Of a DNA stretch of 64,000 bases, positions 52,080 to 64,000 are shown in pieces; position 1 is the first letter of the stretch; each line of letters starts with the position of its first letter. The notes beneath the pieces were generated by a model that did not search any database, was not told the DNA's origin, and saw only the letters and a list, made by a program, of their open reading frames with translations. The position numbers and the translations under genes were made by a program. The DNA comes from Chiloscyllium plagiosum. Its lineage: Eukaryota. The DNA lies in assembly GCF_004010195.1 (NCBI RefSeq), contig NC_057718.1:66684481-66748480 (forward strand). Direction: 5' to 3'.

Positions 52080-52566
52080 TTTTTTTAAAAAGCGCCATTC
52101 GTCTAAATCCGAATTATCATTGTCTTCCTCATTAAAACTAAGGCCAACCATCGAATTGCGCAGTTCTGTTTGTTTACCAGTCACTTGTGACTTCTCCTTT
52201 AGTTTCTGTAATTGTTTTGCTCGAGCACTTCACTTTTAAGAACTTCAACAGACTTCATAGCACCATTTGCAGTTAATTCAATCCCCAATTTGGTGGCAGT
52301 ATCCTGCCACGAGCGCAAAACTGAATCTTTGTGCCTCTCATCACAAAACTGTCGCCATAATCCAATTAACTCTTTCGTTCTCGCTCCCATGTTATGTTGC
52401 CAAATCAATGGCTGAGATTGAGGGATGCCTAATGATATTCTTCATCAGCCAATGTTTTGTTTAGGCCTCCATACAGTTTTCTAAAGGCCTCAAACCTTTC
52501 GGGAAATTTTTCACATAATTTCACTAACGATGATGAATCATCTGTTCTATCTATGTAATTACCCAT
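52080..52566 (-). pseudogene. gag: Probable gag N-terminal (matrix-like) remnant
   Basis: aaaATGG start, MGNYIDRTDDSSSLVKLCEKFPERFEAFRKLYGGLNKTLADEEYH*, continued after frameshifts by LIWQHNMGARTKELIGLWRQFCDERH... and KQLQKLKEK... Assigned by position and the Gly2 start only. Confidence 0.4.
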
Positions 52567-52757
52567 TTTAAAATTACTTCAGTTTTATGGCAACTAATTT
52601 AAAAAAAATTACCCACTGATCAGACTTCCACAAATGCTAATTAATTTCACAAACCTTTTTATTAAACAATAACTTTAATTATAAAATATTGTGATATTTC
52701 TTTTCTTTTTTTAAATTTTTTTTTATTATATTAATAATAACCTATAAATAAGTATCA

Positions 52758-53049
52758 GGAACCTCTTGCTCCCTGTAACTTCAAATACCAGGGGCCTCTT
52801 GTGCCTGTAACCTCAAATACCAGGGGTCTCTTGCCCCCTGTAACTTCAAATGCCAGGGGCCTCTTGCCCCCGTAACTTCAAATGCCAGGAGCCTCTTGCC
52901 CCCCGTAACCTCAAATACTAGGGGCCTCTTGCCCCCTGTAACCTCAAATAACAGGGCCTCGTGCCCCTGTTACATCAAATACCAGGGGCTTCTTGTTCCC
53001 TGTAACTTCAAATGCCAGGGATCTCTTGCCCCTATAATTTCAAATGCCA
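52758..53049. repeat. Minisatellite, 9 copies of a ~32-bp unit (ggggcctcttgcccctgtaacttcaaatacca)
   Basis: Head-to-tail copies counted by eye, no spacers. Confidence 0.95.
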
Positions 53050-56047
53050 TTACCTCACACACCCATAGTAGGACTCATACACACAATACCAGCCCATAGA
53101 ACTTCTGTGTTTATACGCGGAGAGCATTAAATACTATTAGTGGTGGGCAGAGTTCATAGGTTGACATTGAGGATATGAGGAACCAATGAAAAAAGTGTTG
53201 GCATGAATTGAATAGGTAAGAGCTTTTGAAGCAATCATTTAAAATGTTTCCACAGCTAGACCTTATTTCACAACCCTTTATGAACTACCAGCCCGAGAAA
53301 AGCTAGCCTGACTCTAGTATAATAGCTGGGACTAGAAGCTATCTACTCCTGCATAGGAGCCAGTCAAGCCAGAGGATGCATGCCAATGAAAATTGGATGT
53401 GTTGGGAGTAGGGCAAGAATCCTGAAATGGGGCCCCATTCACCATTCAAAAACAAAATCCAGCCCATCATTTTCTTTTAAGTCTAACAATTGTTGAATGT
53501 TTTTGTTTACGAATTACTAACAGAAAAAGCCATTCATAAACCCAAAATTTGAATCGCAAGTATGACTGAATGTGTCAGCAGAGATGGTAGGTCTCACATG
53601 CAGCTTCATAAAAAAAATTCCAAACATTACTCAACAACTGAAAGAAAAACACAAATAAATATTAGAGAGTTTCAAAGTATTATATTTGTGCTGTAAGACT
53701 TTAATGGGGCTAATCTAAAAAAAATGGACAGGTTTGGGTTGGGTGGGGATTAAACTCTTAAAGAGCTTCATGATATAAACCTATCTCTAACCCAACACTT
53801 CAGGCTTTAACTGAGATGGTATGGTGGATAGAAGTCTAAATTGATTCAAGGAGGCTGGTCAGTTCTTAAACACTGAGACTATGAGCCTCATGTATCAATA
53901 GGCTTTTGAATTTTATTCCTGTTGATTGTCCTAATGCACAAGCTCCAACTTGCTGCTCCACTCTGTGTTCAAACTCCCACTCGTTCGATTTGCATCTGTC
54001 TCCTCACTTGGAGAGTGTTCCACTTCCCATCTTCAACATATTTCATCCTGCAGACTCCATTGTCTGATTTTCCACACAAATGGAATCTCAACCTGATTTC
54101 TGGGAATGGAACCAATTAGTATTGAGTTAAAATTTCACAAACTTTGGGAAATATTGACCTCTGTGTTCCTGCAGATTTCGGATTCACCTGTTCCATGTGT
54201 AAAATGGCTATTACCCAAAACCTTTATTTACATCTTATGACTTATTCAGCAAACCACTGTGAACAATAGTATTTACTTAAAAACCCTTTTTCCATAAGAA
54301 AATGAAAAATGTTGGAAGTTACTTAACATACATGGTCTGTGAATAAAATGATCATGTGTAACCAAAATAATTGTTCTTTCTGGTCTGTCCAATTTTGTCC
54401 CATTTAGACACACATTGCACAAATAATCTTTAAAGTATTTAGGTCTTTGTATGAGATTGTTGTCTGTTGTCTGTTAATATTGTGCCTGTTAGTTCCTGGG
54501 GTGATGCTGCTTCTCTGCAGAATATTTTTGCCATATCATTAGTGCTGCAAATTTTGCAGCATTTATTGGAGAGCAGTTCACTTCTGAGACTGATGATAAT
54601 TCAGTCCCTTACTTCCTTGGCAAACTCCCATCTGCTTCATCAGCTGTCTGCTGTGAAGAACAGCCTCTCCAGTTGCATGTAGATATATACAGCTGTGATG
54701 ATAGCTCTGGCTGTCATCTTTCATCTGTTTGTTTGAGGTGACAACTTCTGTACACAGGGCCAAAGTTCAAAATAGGCTAACTATGTTGAATGTTTACATC
54801 TGACTAGCAGTCCAACTTTTAACTCTGGCAAATATTTGGCAGCTTATCAAAGTGAAGTTGGGCTTCCTGTCATTTCACTTTGGTTTTGTCATTTAGTTTT
54901 GTTAATACTTCTGGTCTCAGTAACTTCTTAGAGTTGGAAATGTAGTCTGGATGTGGCATATCATTTGTCACTACACTGGACTGTTTTCCCAAGCTTTGGA
55001 TTATATATTTTTCCACTCTGCCACTTGCCTTGTAGCATTTGTGTTGGATCTAACTGACTTTTTTTTTGGTTATCCCTTTAGCATTTTCATTGCTACCCCC
55101 ACCTTTCTATTTGACTGGGGATTGTGTGGAGATTTGTGTGCAGTGCCACATTTCTCAATTGTGATCTCAAGCACTTCCTGTATTTATTACAAACAATTCT
55201 AACATTGCTGCTAAAGTCTATCTCTCTCTGTGTGATGACGCACCTTAAGCTTTTGAAAAAAAGTTTACTATACATGGTTTTCCAGCAAAGGTATATTCCT
55301 TTCTAATTCCATCTTATTTCAAGGTTTGTGAAGATTTGTAGCTCAGGTTGAGGTTTAGGGTATAGGTTTGCTCGCTGAGCTGTAGGTTTGATATCCATAT
55401 ATGGTATCCATACATCTTATTCTATTCACTAACTCCCCAGGGCTCTGTGTACACGCTTACTTGTCCATTCTTCATTTCAATGATTTCATTCATTTATTTA
55501 ATTCTAACTAACATTTACTTGATACTTTGATTTTATTTTATCAAGTTCATTCAAACTGCATGCCCCACATCTGCAATTTCGCCTCCTTGCACAGCAAACA
55601 ATATATCTCGACTGTGATAATATATTGGGCAATAGATTTTTTTTAAAAAATCATTAATAGTTCTTTATGTCTTTTGCAGGTCTAACTATATTCTTCATAG
55701 TTCTATCCTTAACCCTTCTTACATTGACCTCAAGTTCAACTCTCAGTGATCTGGCAATGCTAACATTCCAAGACACTTTTTCATGCTTATTTTCATCAAA
55801 AGAATCATCATTCTCCATACAGACCACATCATTCAAAATATTATAAACAGCTTTAATATCTCTAAAAGTAGCTTAAAACCTTGTATCTTTCAACCTCGTT
55901 ATGTTGCAGCATTTGTTAAATCAATTTGGCCATTCGCCTCTGAAATTTCCTTTCTTCTTCTTCCTAATACTTACGACTATTTTTTCTCGTACTTATGTTC
56001 CCACTCTTTTTAAACCAAGACATCTACATGCTGTCATTTTTTTTTTC

Positions 56048-56270
56048 ATGATTTGGAGATGCCAGTGTTGGACTGGGGTTTACAAAGTTAAAAATCACAC
56101 AACACCAGGTTATAGTCCAACAGGTTTAATTGGAAGCACTAGCGTTCGGAGCGTTGCTCCTTCATCAAGTGATCACCTTCATCACCTGATGAAGGAGCAG
56201 CGCTCTGAAAGCTAGTGCTTCCAATTAAACCCGTTGGACTATAACCTGCTGTTGTGTGATTTTTAAATTT
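56048..56270. mobile_element. Second copy of the palindromic MITE-like element (opposite orientation to 16183-16399)
   Basis: Same arms caggttatagtccaac...ggactataacctg, with several mismatches. Confidence 0.9.
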
Positions 56271-56559
56271 TTTTCAGGAGTCCAACTTCCTCATACAATT
56301 AATTGACCATTAAAATTCAAATCTTGGTGGAATCTAATCAGAATCTCTTGTTTTTAAATTTTCATTTTACAGTTTTTGATCTTGAAGGTACCCCACAGTG
56401 TCTCCCTTCATCTTAGCTTCTTAAATTTAATAACTTGTTCCAAATCAATACAGGCCATATTTGATATATAATGAATATAAATTATTAGTTAATCTAGCAG
56501 TCGGGGGGAACCTAGTGTTAGTGACCATAGCATGAATGAATTTCTAGGAATGTTCTTTG

Positions 56560-57140
56560 ATGATTGCAGATTTCATTATCATTCACAACTCCTCAGATAC
56601 TGAAGTTCACGCAGCAAGAACTGGACAACATTCAATGCTGGAATAGTAAGTTGCAATTAACAATCATGCCACACAAGTATCAGACAGTGATAATTTCCAC
56701 CAAGAGAGAATGTGACCACCTTCTCTTGGTATTCAAAGTGTTACCATTGTTTATTTTCCCACTATCAATATTCTGGGGATATACAACTGAATAGAAATTT
56801 AACTGGACCATCCATACAGATATTGTGGCCACGAGAGCAGGTCAGAGGCTATGGGAATTCTACAGCGAACAACTCACCTCCAGACTCCTCAATACCTGTC
56901 CATCATTTACAAGCACAAGTCAGGAGCGTGATAGAATACTCTTCACTTGTCTGAAAGAGTACAGCTGCAACATCACTCAAGCTTGTCACTACAAGGGCAA
57001 CACAGTCCACTTGAATGGCACCCAAACCCCCACCTTAACTACCTCTAATACTGATACACAGTTGTAGTGGCATGAACCATCTCCAAAATGCACTGCAGCA
57101 ATTTGCTAAATCTCCTTCACAGCAACTTCTAAACCAATGA
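56560..57140 (+). mobile_element. Old LINE RT 3' fragment (family of 150-950)
   Basis: QQELDNIQCWNSKLQLTIMPHKYQTVIIS and AQVRSVIEYSSL. Confidence 0.75.
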
Positions 57141-59202
57141 CATACGCAATAGATTCCTTGGGTGTTGCCACAAGAAACCCCATCAACGAGACAAGAAGTA
57201 CTGTATTGATAATGACATGTGTCATAGAACAAACCATCACAATGTTGAAGATGAGTTTCAAAGTGAACAATAGGCTTTGAGATTCCCTTCGGTGTCACTA
57301 ATGTGAGTATCCAGAATGATAGGAGAGTGTTAGTGTCTTGCAACACACTGCGCAGTTGAGAAAATAGCAGGTAGAATAGAATGGAATTTGCTGATTAAAC
57401 ACGTAAGGAAGAGGAAGAGTTGGAAGACAGAGAAGAAGAGGATTCATTGCCATATCAACCATTTACATCTGTCTCTAAGATACAAAAGGTATCCTACAAA
57501 ACAAAGGTTCAATTTATATAAAACCAAAGACTGAAATTCTGCAGCCTCCTCCCACTAGCTAGAAATTCGGGTGGGCAGAAGAAATGTTAAAGAAAACTTA
57601 AAAATGATATTGGGAGAGGAAACCCTCTGAACTAATCACTAAATTTTGAGTAACCAGTCCACTACTGGTGGAATACCAATGATGATGGAATGATGCCTGC
57701 AATTTCCCACTTAAGGACCTAATTGGCAGCAGGGCAGGAAAGCGTCTTCTTACCTCAGACCTAAGCAGCATAGAGTCCTCAGCTTTCATCCTCACATCCA
57801 CTTAAATGCCTCGACCATCAAACTGGTCACAGAGCAGGGATCAAATTCCATCCATAATATGCAAAAATGTGGAACTATTTTTAGGTAGGTAGAATGGAAA
57901 AGCAAAATATTTCTTAAAAGGTGAAATAATATAAATGTTAGGATCCAGAGGAATTTGGGGGTCCTTATGTCCAAACTACAAAAAGTTATCATGCAGGAAA
58001 AATAAGCAATTAGGAAAGAAAACTGGACATTAACTTTTATTACAAGTAGATAGGAATAGGAGATTCAAGAGCTTCTGCTGTAGTTAAATGTGACTTTGGT
58101 GAGACCACAGCCTGTGTAATGTGTATAGATTGGTCTTTTTATTTAAGAAAGAATATAGTTGCCTTCAAAAAGAGATTGTCTAGGTTAATTCCTGCATTGA
58201 GATCTCTTCATTGAGTAGAATGGTTCTCCATTCACTGATAGAAAGATGATTTCTTTAAAATGTATATAACTCTTATTTTCTATTTTCACTGCAGATGATG
58301 CAGAGGAGTGAGTCCTAGGCTCACATGTGTCCATCTGCTTTCTTTGTTGTTTTTAAAAAGGTTTTGCTCTTTTTCTTCATTTTTTTCCTTGTTTTAAAAC
58401 AAAAGTCTTTGTGACGGGTTAATTGGCAGCTTCTCCTGGCATTCGGGGTAAGTGACAGTGGCAAATCTCCTCTAACGGTCAGAGGTGGTGGCGGAAGTGG
58501 TAGCAAGATCCTCCTAGTAATCGATGTGAGGCTTGCAGGCTGACCGAGACTTTAAGCTGTAGCTAAGTCTGGGTGCCTGCATTGGTGATTCCAAACTCCA
58601 TTATGGAGATAAGACTTAGACTTTAAAATACAAAATGAACAGTAATTCCTGTCGTTCTTAGTTACTTTTAAAAAGGACTTCCATTGAGCTCACAACTGCA
58701 ATGAAATAGCTAACACACACAACATTTCTGTATGATACTATTCATTAAGCAAACTCAAAATACAGAAATGAAACAGATAAAACACCAGACATTGCACTGC
58801 AATGTTTTTCTTACCTTCTGGCTTTTATTTCGACTGTGTTTTTTTAAATTCTGGTTTTGTCACCAAGACGGCACCAGAGAATGGTGACTTTGTAAACTTT
58901 CCACTCCATTAATATATTCCGATACTTGAACACATAATAATAAAATCTAATTCTAATTCTTATGGGGCTGACAAAATGACTGCAAAAGGCAGTTTTCTCT
59001 GGCTGGAGTGTCATGAGTGAAAGGTTACATATTGAGGAGAAAGGGTCAACTATTTAGGATTAAAGTTAGGAAAAATCCCTTTACTCTGGAGGTTTTAAGA
59101 CTTTGGAATGTTCTGCCATAGAGAGCTCTGGATGATGAGATCGATAGACATTTTTTGGGACTAAAGTAAGTGAATAATATGAGGTTAGGGCATGAAAGTG
59201 GA

Positions 59203-62200
59203 GTTAGAGTCATAGAGACGTATAGCATGGAAACAGACCCTTCAACCCATCCGTGTCGACCAGATATCCCAACCCAATCTAGTCCCACCTGCCAGCACCC
59301 GGCCCATATCCCTCCAAACCCTTCTTATTCATATACCCATCTAATGCCTTTTAAATGTTGCAACTGTACCAGCCTCCACCACTTCCTCTGGCAGCTCATT
59401 CCATATACGTACCACTCTCCACGTGAAAACGTTGCCCCTCAGGTCTCTTTTATATCTTTCCCCTCTCACCCTAAACCTATGCCTCTAGTTCTGGACTCCC
59501 CCACCCCAGGGAAAAGACTTTGTCTATTTACCCTTTCACTATTCTATCTACCTGCAACTCCACTTTCAAGGAGCTATGAACCTGCAGTCCAAGGTCTCTT
59601 TCTTCAACAAAACTCCCTAGGACCTTACCATTAAGTGTATAAGTCCTGCTAAGATTTGCTTTCCCAAAATGCAGCACCTCGCATTTATTTGAATTAAACT
59701 CCATCTGCCATCTCTCAGCCCATTGGCCCATCTGATCAAGATCCTGTTGTAATCTGAGTGCTAAGATTTGCTTTCCCAAAATGCAGCACCTCGCATTTAT
59801 CTGAATTAAACTCCCATCTCTCAGCCCATTGGCCCATCTGATCAAGATCCTGTTGTAATCTGAGATAACCTTCTTCGCTGTTAACTATACCTCCTATTTT
59901 GTTGTCATCTTCAAACTTACTAACTATACCTCTTATGTTCATATCCAAATCATTTATGTAAATGACGAAATGTAGAGGACCAAGCACCGATCCTTGTGGG
60001 ACTCCACTGGTCACAGGCCTCCAGTCTGAAAAACAACCCTCCACCACCACCCTCTGTCTTCTACCTTTGAGCCAGTTCTGTATCCAAATGGCTAGTTCTC
60101 CCTGTATTCCACGAGATGTAACCTTGCTAACCAGTATCCCATGGGGAATCTTGTTGAACACCTTATTGATGTCCATATAGATCACATCTACTGCTCTGCC
60201 CTCATCAATCCTCTTTGTTATTTCTTCAAAAAACTCAATCAAGTTTGTGAGATATGATTTCCCATGCACAAAACCATGTTGATTATCCCTAATCAGTTCT
60301 TGTCTTTCCAAATACATGTACATCCTGTCCCTCAGGATTCCCTCCAACAACTTGCTCACCATCAACATCAGGCTCACTGGTCCAGTCTGTTCCCTGGCTT
60401 GTCCTTACCACCCTTCTTAAACAGTGGCACCATGTTAGCCAACCTCCAGTCTTCCGGCACCTCACCTGTAACTATCGATAATACAAGTATCTCAGGAAGA
60501 GGCCCAGCAATCACCTCCCTATCTTCCCACAGAATTGAAAGGTACACCTGATCAGGTCCTGGGGATTTATCCCCTTTTATGTGTTTCAAGATATCCAGCA
60601 CTTCCTTCTCTGTAATATGGACATTTTTCAAGATGTCACCATCTATTTCCCTACATTCTATATCTTCCATGTCTTTTTCCACAGTAAATACTAATGCAAA
60701 ATACTTGTTTAGTATCTCCCCCATTTCCTGTGCCTCCACACAAAGGCCGCTTTGCTGATCTTTGAGGGGTCCTATTCTCTCCCTAGTTACCCTTTTGTCC
60801 TGAATGTATTTGTAAAAACCCTTTGGATTCTCCTTAATTTTATTTGCCAAAGTTATCTCATGTCCCCTTTTTGCCCTCCTGATTTCTCTCTTAAGTATAC
60901 TCCTATTGCCTTTATACTCTTCTAAGGATTCACTTGATCTATCCTGTTTATACCTTACATATGCTTCCTTCTTTTTCTTAACCAAAGCCTCAATTTCTTT
61001 AGTCATCCAGCATTCCCTGTACCAACCAGCCTTTCCTTTCACCCTAACAGTAATATACTTTCACTGGATTCTCGTTATCTCATTTCTGAAGGCTTCCCAT
61101 TTTCCAGCCATCCCTTTACCTGTGAACATCTGCCCTCAATCAGCTTTTGAANNNNNNNNNNNNNNNNNNNNNNNNNNNNNNNNNNNNNNNNNNNNNNNNN
61201 NNNNNNNNNNNNNNNNNNNNNNNNNNNNNNNNNNNNNNNNNNNNNNNNNNNNNNNNNNNNNNNNNNNNNNNNNNNNNNNNNNNNNNNNNNNNNNNNNNNN
61301 NNNNNNNNNNNNNNNNNNNNNNNNNNNNNNNNNNNNNNNNNNNNNNNNNNNNNNNNNNNNNNNNNNNNNNNNNNNNNNNNNNNNNNNNNNNNNNNNNNNN
61401 NNNNNNNNNNNNNNNNNNNNNNNNNNNNNNNNNNNNNNNNNNNNNNNNNNNNNNNNNNNNNNNNNNNNNNNNNNNNNNNNNNNNNNNNNNNNNNNNNNNN
61501 NNNNNNNNNNNNNNNNNNNNNNNNNNNNNNNNNNNNNNNNNNNNNNNNNNNNNNNGTAGGTACATCCACATACTGAATCAGAATACTTTCTTGTACACAT
61601 TTAACAAATTCCTCTCCATCTAAACCCTTAACACTATGGCAGTCCCAGTCTATGTTTGGAAAGTTAAAATCCCCTACCATAACCACCCTATTATTCTTAC
61701 AGATAGCTGAGATCTCCTTACAAATTTGTTTCTCAATTTCCCTCTGACTATTAGGGGGTCTATAATACAGTCCCAAAAAGGTGATCATCCCTTTCTTATT
61801 TCTCAGTTCTACCCAAATACTTTCCCTGGATGTATTTCCAGTAATATCCTCCCTGAGTACAGTTGTAATGCTATCCCTTATCAAAAATGCCACTCCCCCT
61901 CCTCTCTTGCCTCCCTTTCTATCCTTCCTGTAGCATTTGTATCCTGGAACATTAAGCTGCCAGTCCTGCCCATCCCTGAGCCATGGTATGATATCCCAGT
62001 CCCATGTTCCTAACCTTGCCCTGAGTTCATCTCCCTTTCCTGTTAGGCCCCTGGCATTGAAATAAATACGGTTTAGTTTATTAGTCCTACCTGTCCCTGC
62101 CTGCCCTGACTGTTTGACTCACTTCTGTTCTCAATTATACTAGTCTCAGATTGATCTCTTTCCTCACTATCTCCCTGGGTCCCAACCCCTCACCTTACTG

Positions 62201-63330
62201 AAACGGTTGTCTATACCTCTGATTAGAGAGTCCCCCAACACAATTGATTTCTTTGAACCCAGCGTACCCCTCAGTGCATCCCGAGCAGCTCTAGCAAATC
62301 TCCCTGCCAGTATATTAGTCCCCTTCCAATTTTGGTGTAATCCGTCTTTCTTGTACAGGTCACTTCTACCCCAAAAGAGATTCCAATGATCCAAAAATGT
62401 GAATCGTCCTCCCATACACCAGCTCCTCAGCCATGCATGCCTATTCCTTCCCTCACTAGCTCGTAGCACCGGGAGTAATCCAGATATTACTACTCTCAAA
62501 GACCTCCTTTTTAAATTCCTGCCTAACTCTATGTAATCTCCCTTCAAAATCTCAACCATTTCCCTTCCTATGTCTTTGGTTCCAATGTGGACAATGACCT
62601 CTTGGTGGTCCCTCTCCCCCTTGAGAACATTCTGCACCCTCTCTGAGACATCCTTGATTCTGGCACTAGGGAAGCAACATACCATTCTGATTTTTCGCTG
62701 CTGGCCACAGAAACTTTTGTCTATACCTCTGATTAGGGAGTCCCCCAACACAATCGATTTCTTTGAACCTAACGTACCCCTCAGTGCATTATAGGCAGTC
62801 TCAATACCAGAAACATGACTGTTTGTGCTATGTTCCCCTGTGAATTGATCACCCCCTACATTTTCCAAAACAGCATATTTGTTTGAAATGGGGATAGCCA
62901 CAGAAGACGCCTGCATTAACTGCCTACCTCTCTTACCTTTCCTGGAGTTAACCCATCTATGTGGGTATAACTACGATATTTCCCCCTTGATATATCTGCC
63001 ATCCATCATGTTCCGTTGCTGTTGCAAATTCCTCATTGCTTCTAATTGTCTCTCCAACTGATCCATTTGATCTGATAGGATTCGCAACCAACAGCATTTA
63101 TTGCAGATATAATCCACAGTAACCTGTACACTCTCCTTAAACCCCCTCATTTGACAAGAAGCACATATCACTCTACTAAAGGCCATTTTTGCTCCTTCAC
63201 AATCTACAGACCCAGAAAATAACACCATCTTATTCCTCCACAAAACACTGCTCCAGGTTAAATTAATAGTTATGGCTTATATTTTAAGTTTAATCAAGAG
63301 ACATATCTCAAAAAACATATAATCAAGAGT
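59203..63330 (-). mobile_element. Near full-length CR1 LINE (ORF1 zinc finger plus SGNH esterase; ORF2 APE plus RT), disrupted
   Basis: ORF1 CASCQM...YICNKC, IVLGDSLIRG, HIGTKDI, DGLH. ORF2 GLYYRPP, GDFNFPNIDW, GVPQGSVLGP, KFEDDNK. Contains frameshifts, internal duplications and a gap. Confidence 0.96.
61152..61555. other. Assembly gap inside the CR1 element
   Basis: Run of N. Confidence 1.
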
Positions 63331-63337
63331 TTTTACA

Positions 63338-63616
63338 TTAGATTAGATTCCCTACAGTACAGAAACAGGCCCTTCAGCCCAACAAGTCCACACCAACCCT
63401 CTGAAGACTAACCTAATCCCTACTAATGCACCTGTCACTATGGGCAATTTAGCATGGCCAATTCACCTGACCTGCACATGTTTCGACTGTGGGAGGAAAC
63501 ACACACACACACAGGGAGAATGTGCAAACTCCACGCAGTCAGTTGCCCGAGGCTGGAATTGAACCCAGGTCTCTGGTGCCATGAGGCAGCAGTGCTAACC
63601 ACTGAGCCACTGTGCC
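63338..63616 (-). mobile_element. HE1-like V-SINE
   Basis: tRNA head, V-core and tail. Confidence 0.9.
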
Positions 63617-63635
63617 TCCTTAAACCTTGTAGCAC

Positions 63636-64000
63636 GGGGATCCAAGATGGCGGCGACCCAGCAAGACTGAGTCTACAGTGCTCCTCCCAAGACTTGGGTA
63701 CAGTGGGTCACCCACCCCCTACCACGCTCACCAAATCAGTTGTGTAATTTAATTAGTTGTGTAATATTACATTTAAACAATTTAATCCTAAGTATAAATG
63801 ACTAAAGGGAAGGGAGCCCACAGCGCTCAGCAAGCAGGAACCCCTCCCCCACCCTCTCCAGCTGCAACAGAGGCGTCCACAGCCACCCCGGGGGACTTAC
63901 CTAAAGTGACAAGCCTTGCAGAAATGATTTCCAAGCTGGATTCGAAGATAGATGCCTTTATTGCAGAATCCAGAAATAGTTGGGACTCGCTCTCGGCCGC
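63636..64000 (+). mobile_element. Probable L1-clade LINE 5' end (5' UTR and start of ORF1)
   Basis: ggggatCCAAGATGGCGGCG (YY1-type motif typical of L1 5' ends). ATG at 63798 open to the window end (MTKGKGAHSAQQAGTPPPPSPAATEASTATPGDLPKVTSLAEMISKLDSKIDAFIAESRNSWDSLSA). Confidence 0.65.

Larger units (their letters stand above)
44455..52566 (-). mobile_element. Degenerate, internally deleted endogenous retrovirus (gamma/epsilon-like) within the NOX3-like intron
   Basis: Co-linear minus-strand remnants: MGN-initiated gag-like ORF (52566), CFNC knuckle (48469-48458), RNase H (48415-48140), env ISD/TM (45970-45560), PPT (45079-45069), LTR (45068-44455). The upstream boundary is uncertain and no 5' LTR was recognised. 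Confidence 0.75.

Noticed and set aside
52429..52566. MGN start as NOX exon 1 (MGNW..NE)
   Set aside because: No similarity after three residues, no donor at +45, and exons 2-7 do not follow.
52758..53049. CRISPR-like ~32-bp repeat array
   Set aside because: Units are contiguous with no unique spacers, there are no cas genes, and the context is eukaryotic.
53900..56000. Possible ancient RTE-like LINE on the minus strand
   Set aside because: Only faint motif resemblance, too decayed to support without a profile search.
53050..58600. 5' LTR or primer-binding site of the ERV
   Set aside because: I found no second copy of the 44455-45068 sequence and no convincing tRNA-complementary TGG tract by eye.
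58321..58610. Proline/lysine-rich ORF with CpGs
   Set aside because: All frames contain stops, the lysine run comes from a T-rich tract, and no family was recognised.

Overview
Vertebrate genomic DNA, most likely a cartilaginous fish (inferred from HE1-like V-SINEs, CR1 LINEs and Penelope elements), repeat-rich with two N gaps (39001-39674, 61152-61555). The one clear host gene is the 3' half of an NADPH oxidase on the minus strand: six GT-AG coding exons of 93, 254, 163, 147, 125 and 127 nt that match exons 8-13 of the NOX1/2/3 architecture. Diagnostic residues point to NOX3, and the protein ends in KENM rather than the family's terminal Phe. I could not find exons 1-7 in the window. The intron upstream of exon 8 holds a degenerate, internally deleted endogenous retrovirus in the same orientation as the gene. 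It has gag-like, RNase H and env ISD/TM remnants, a polypurine tract and a ~610 bp 3' LTR whose AATAAA sits in a perfect 15-bp hairpin. Penelope-like elements contribute several minimal hammerhead ribozyme cores, including back-to-back pairs in palindromic MITE-like units. Downstream of the oxidase is a candidate 3-exon, 96-aa ORF with two PP1-docking-like motifs. The rest is CR1, other LINE, L1, Harbinger and Tigger remnants, SINEs and satellites.
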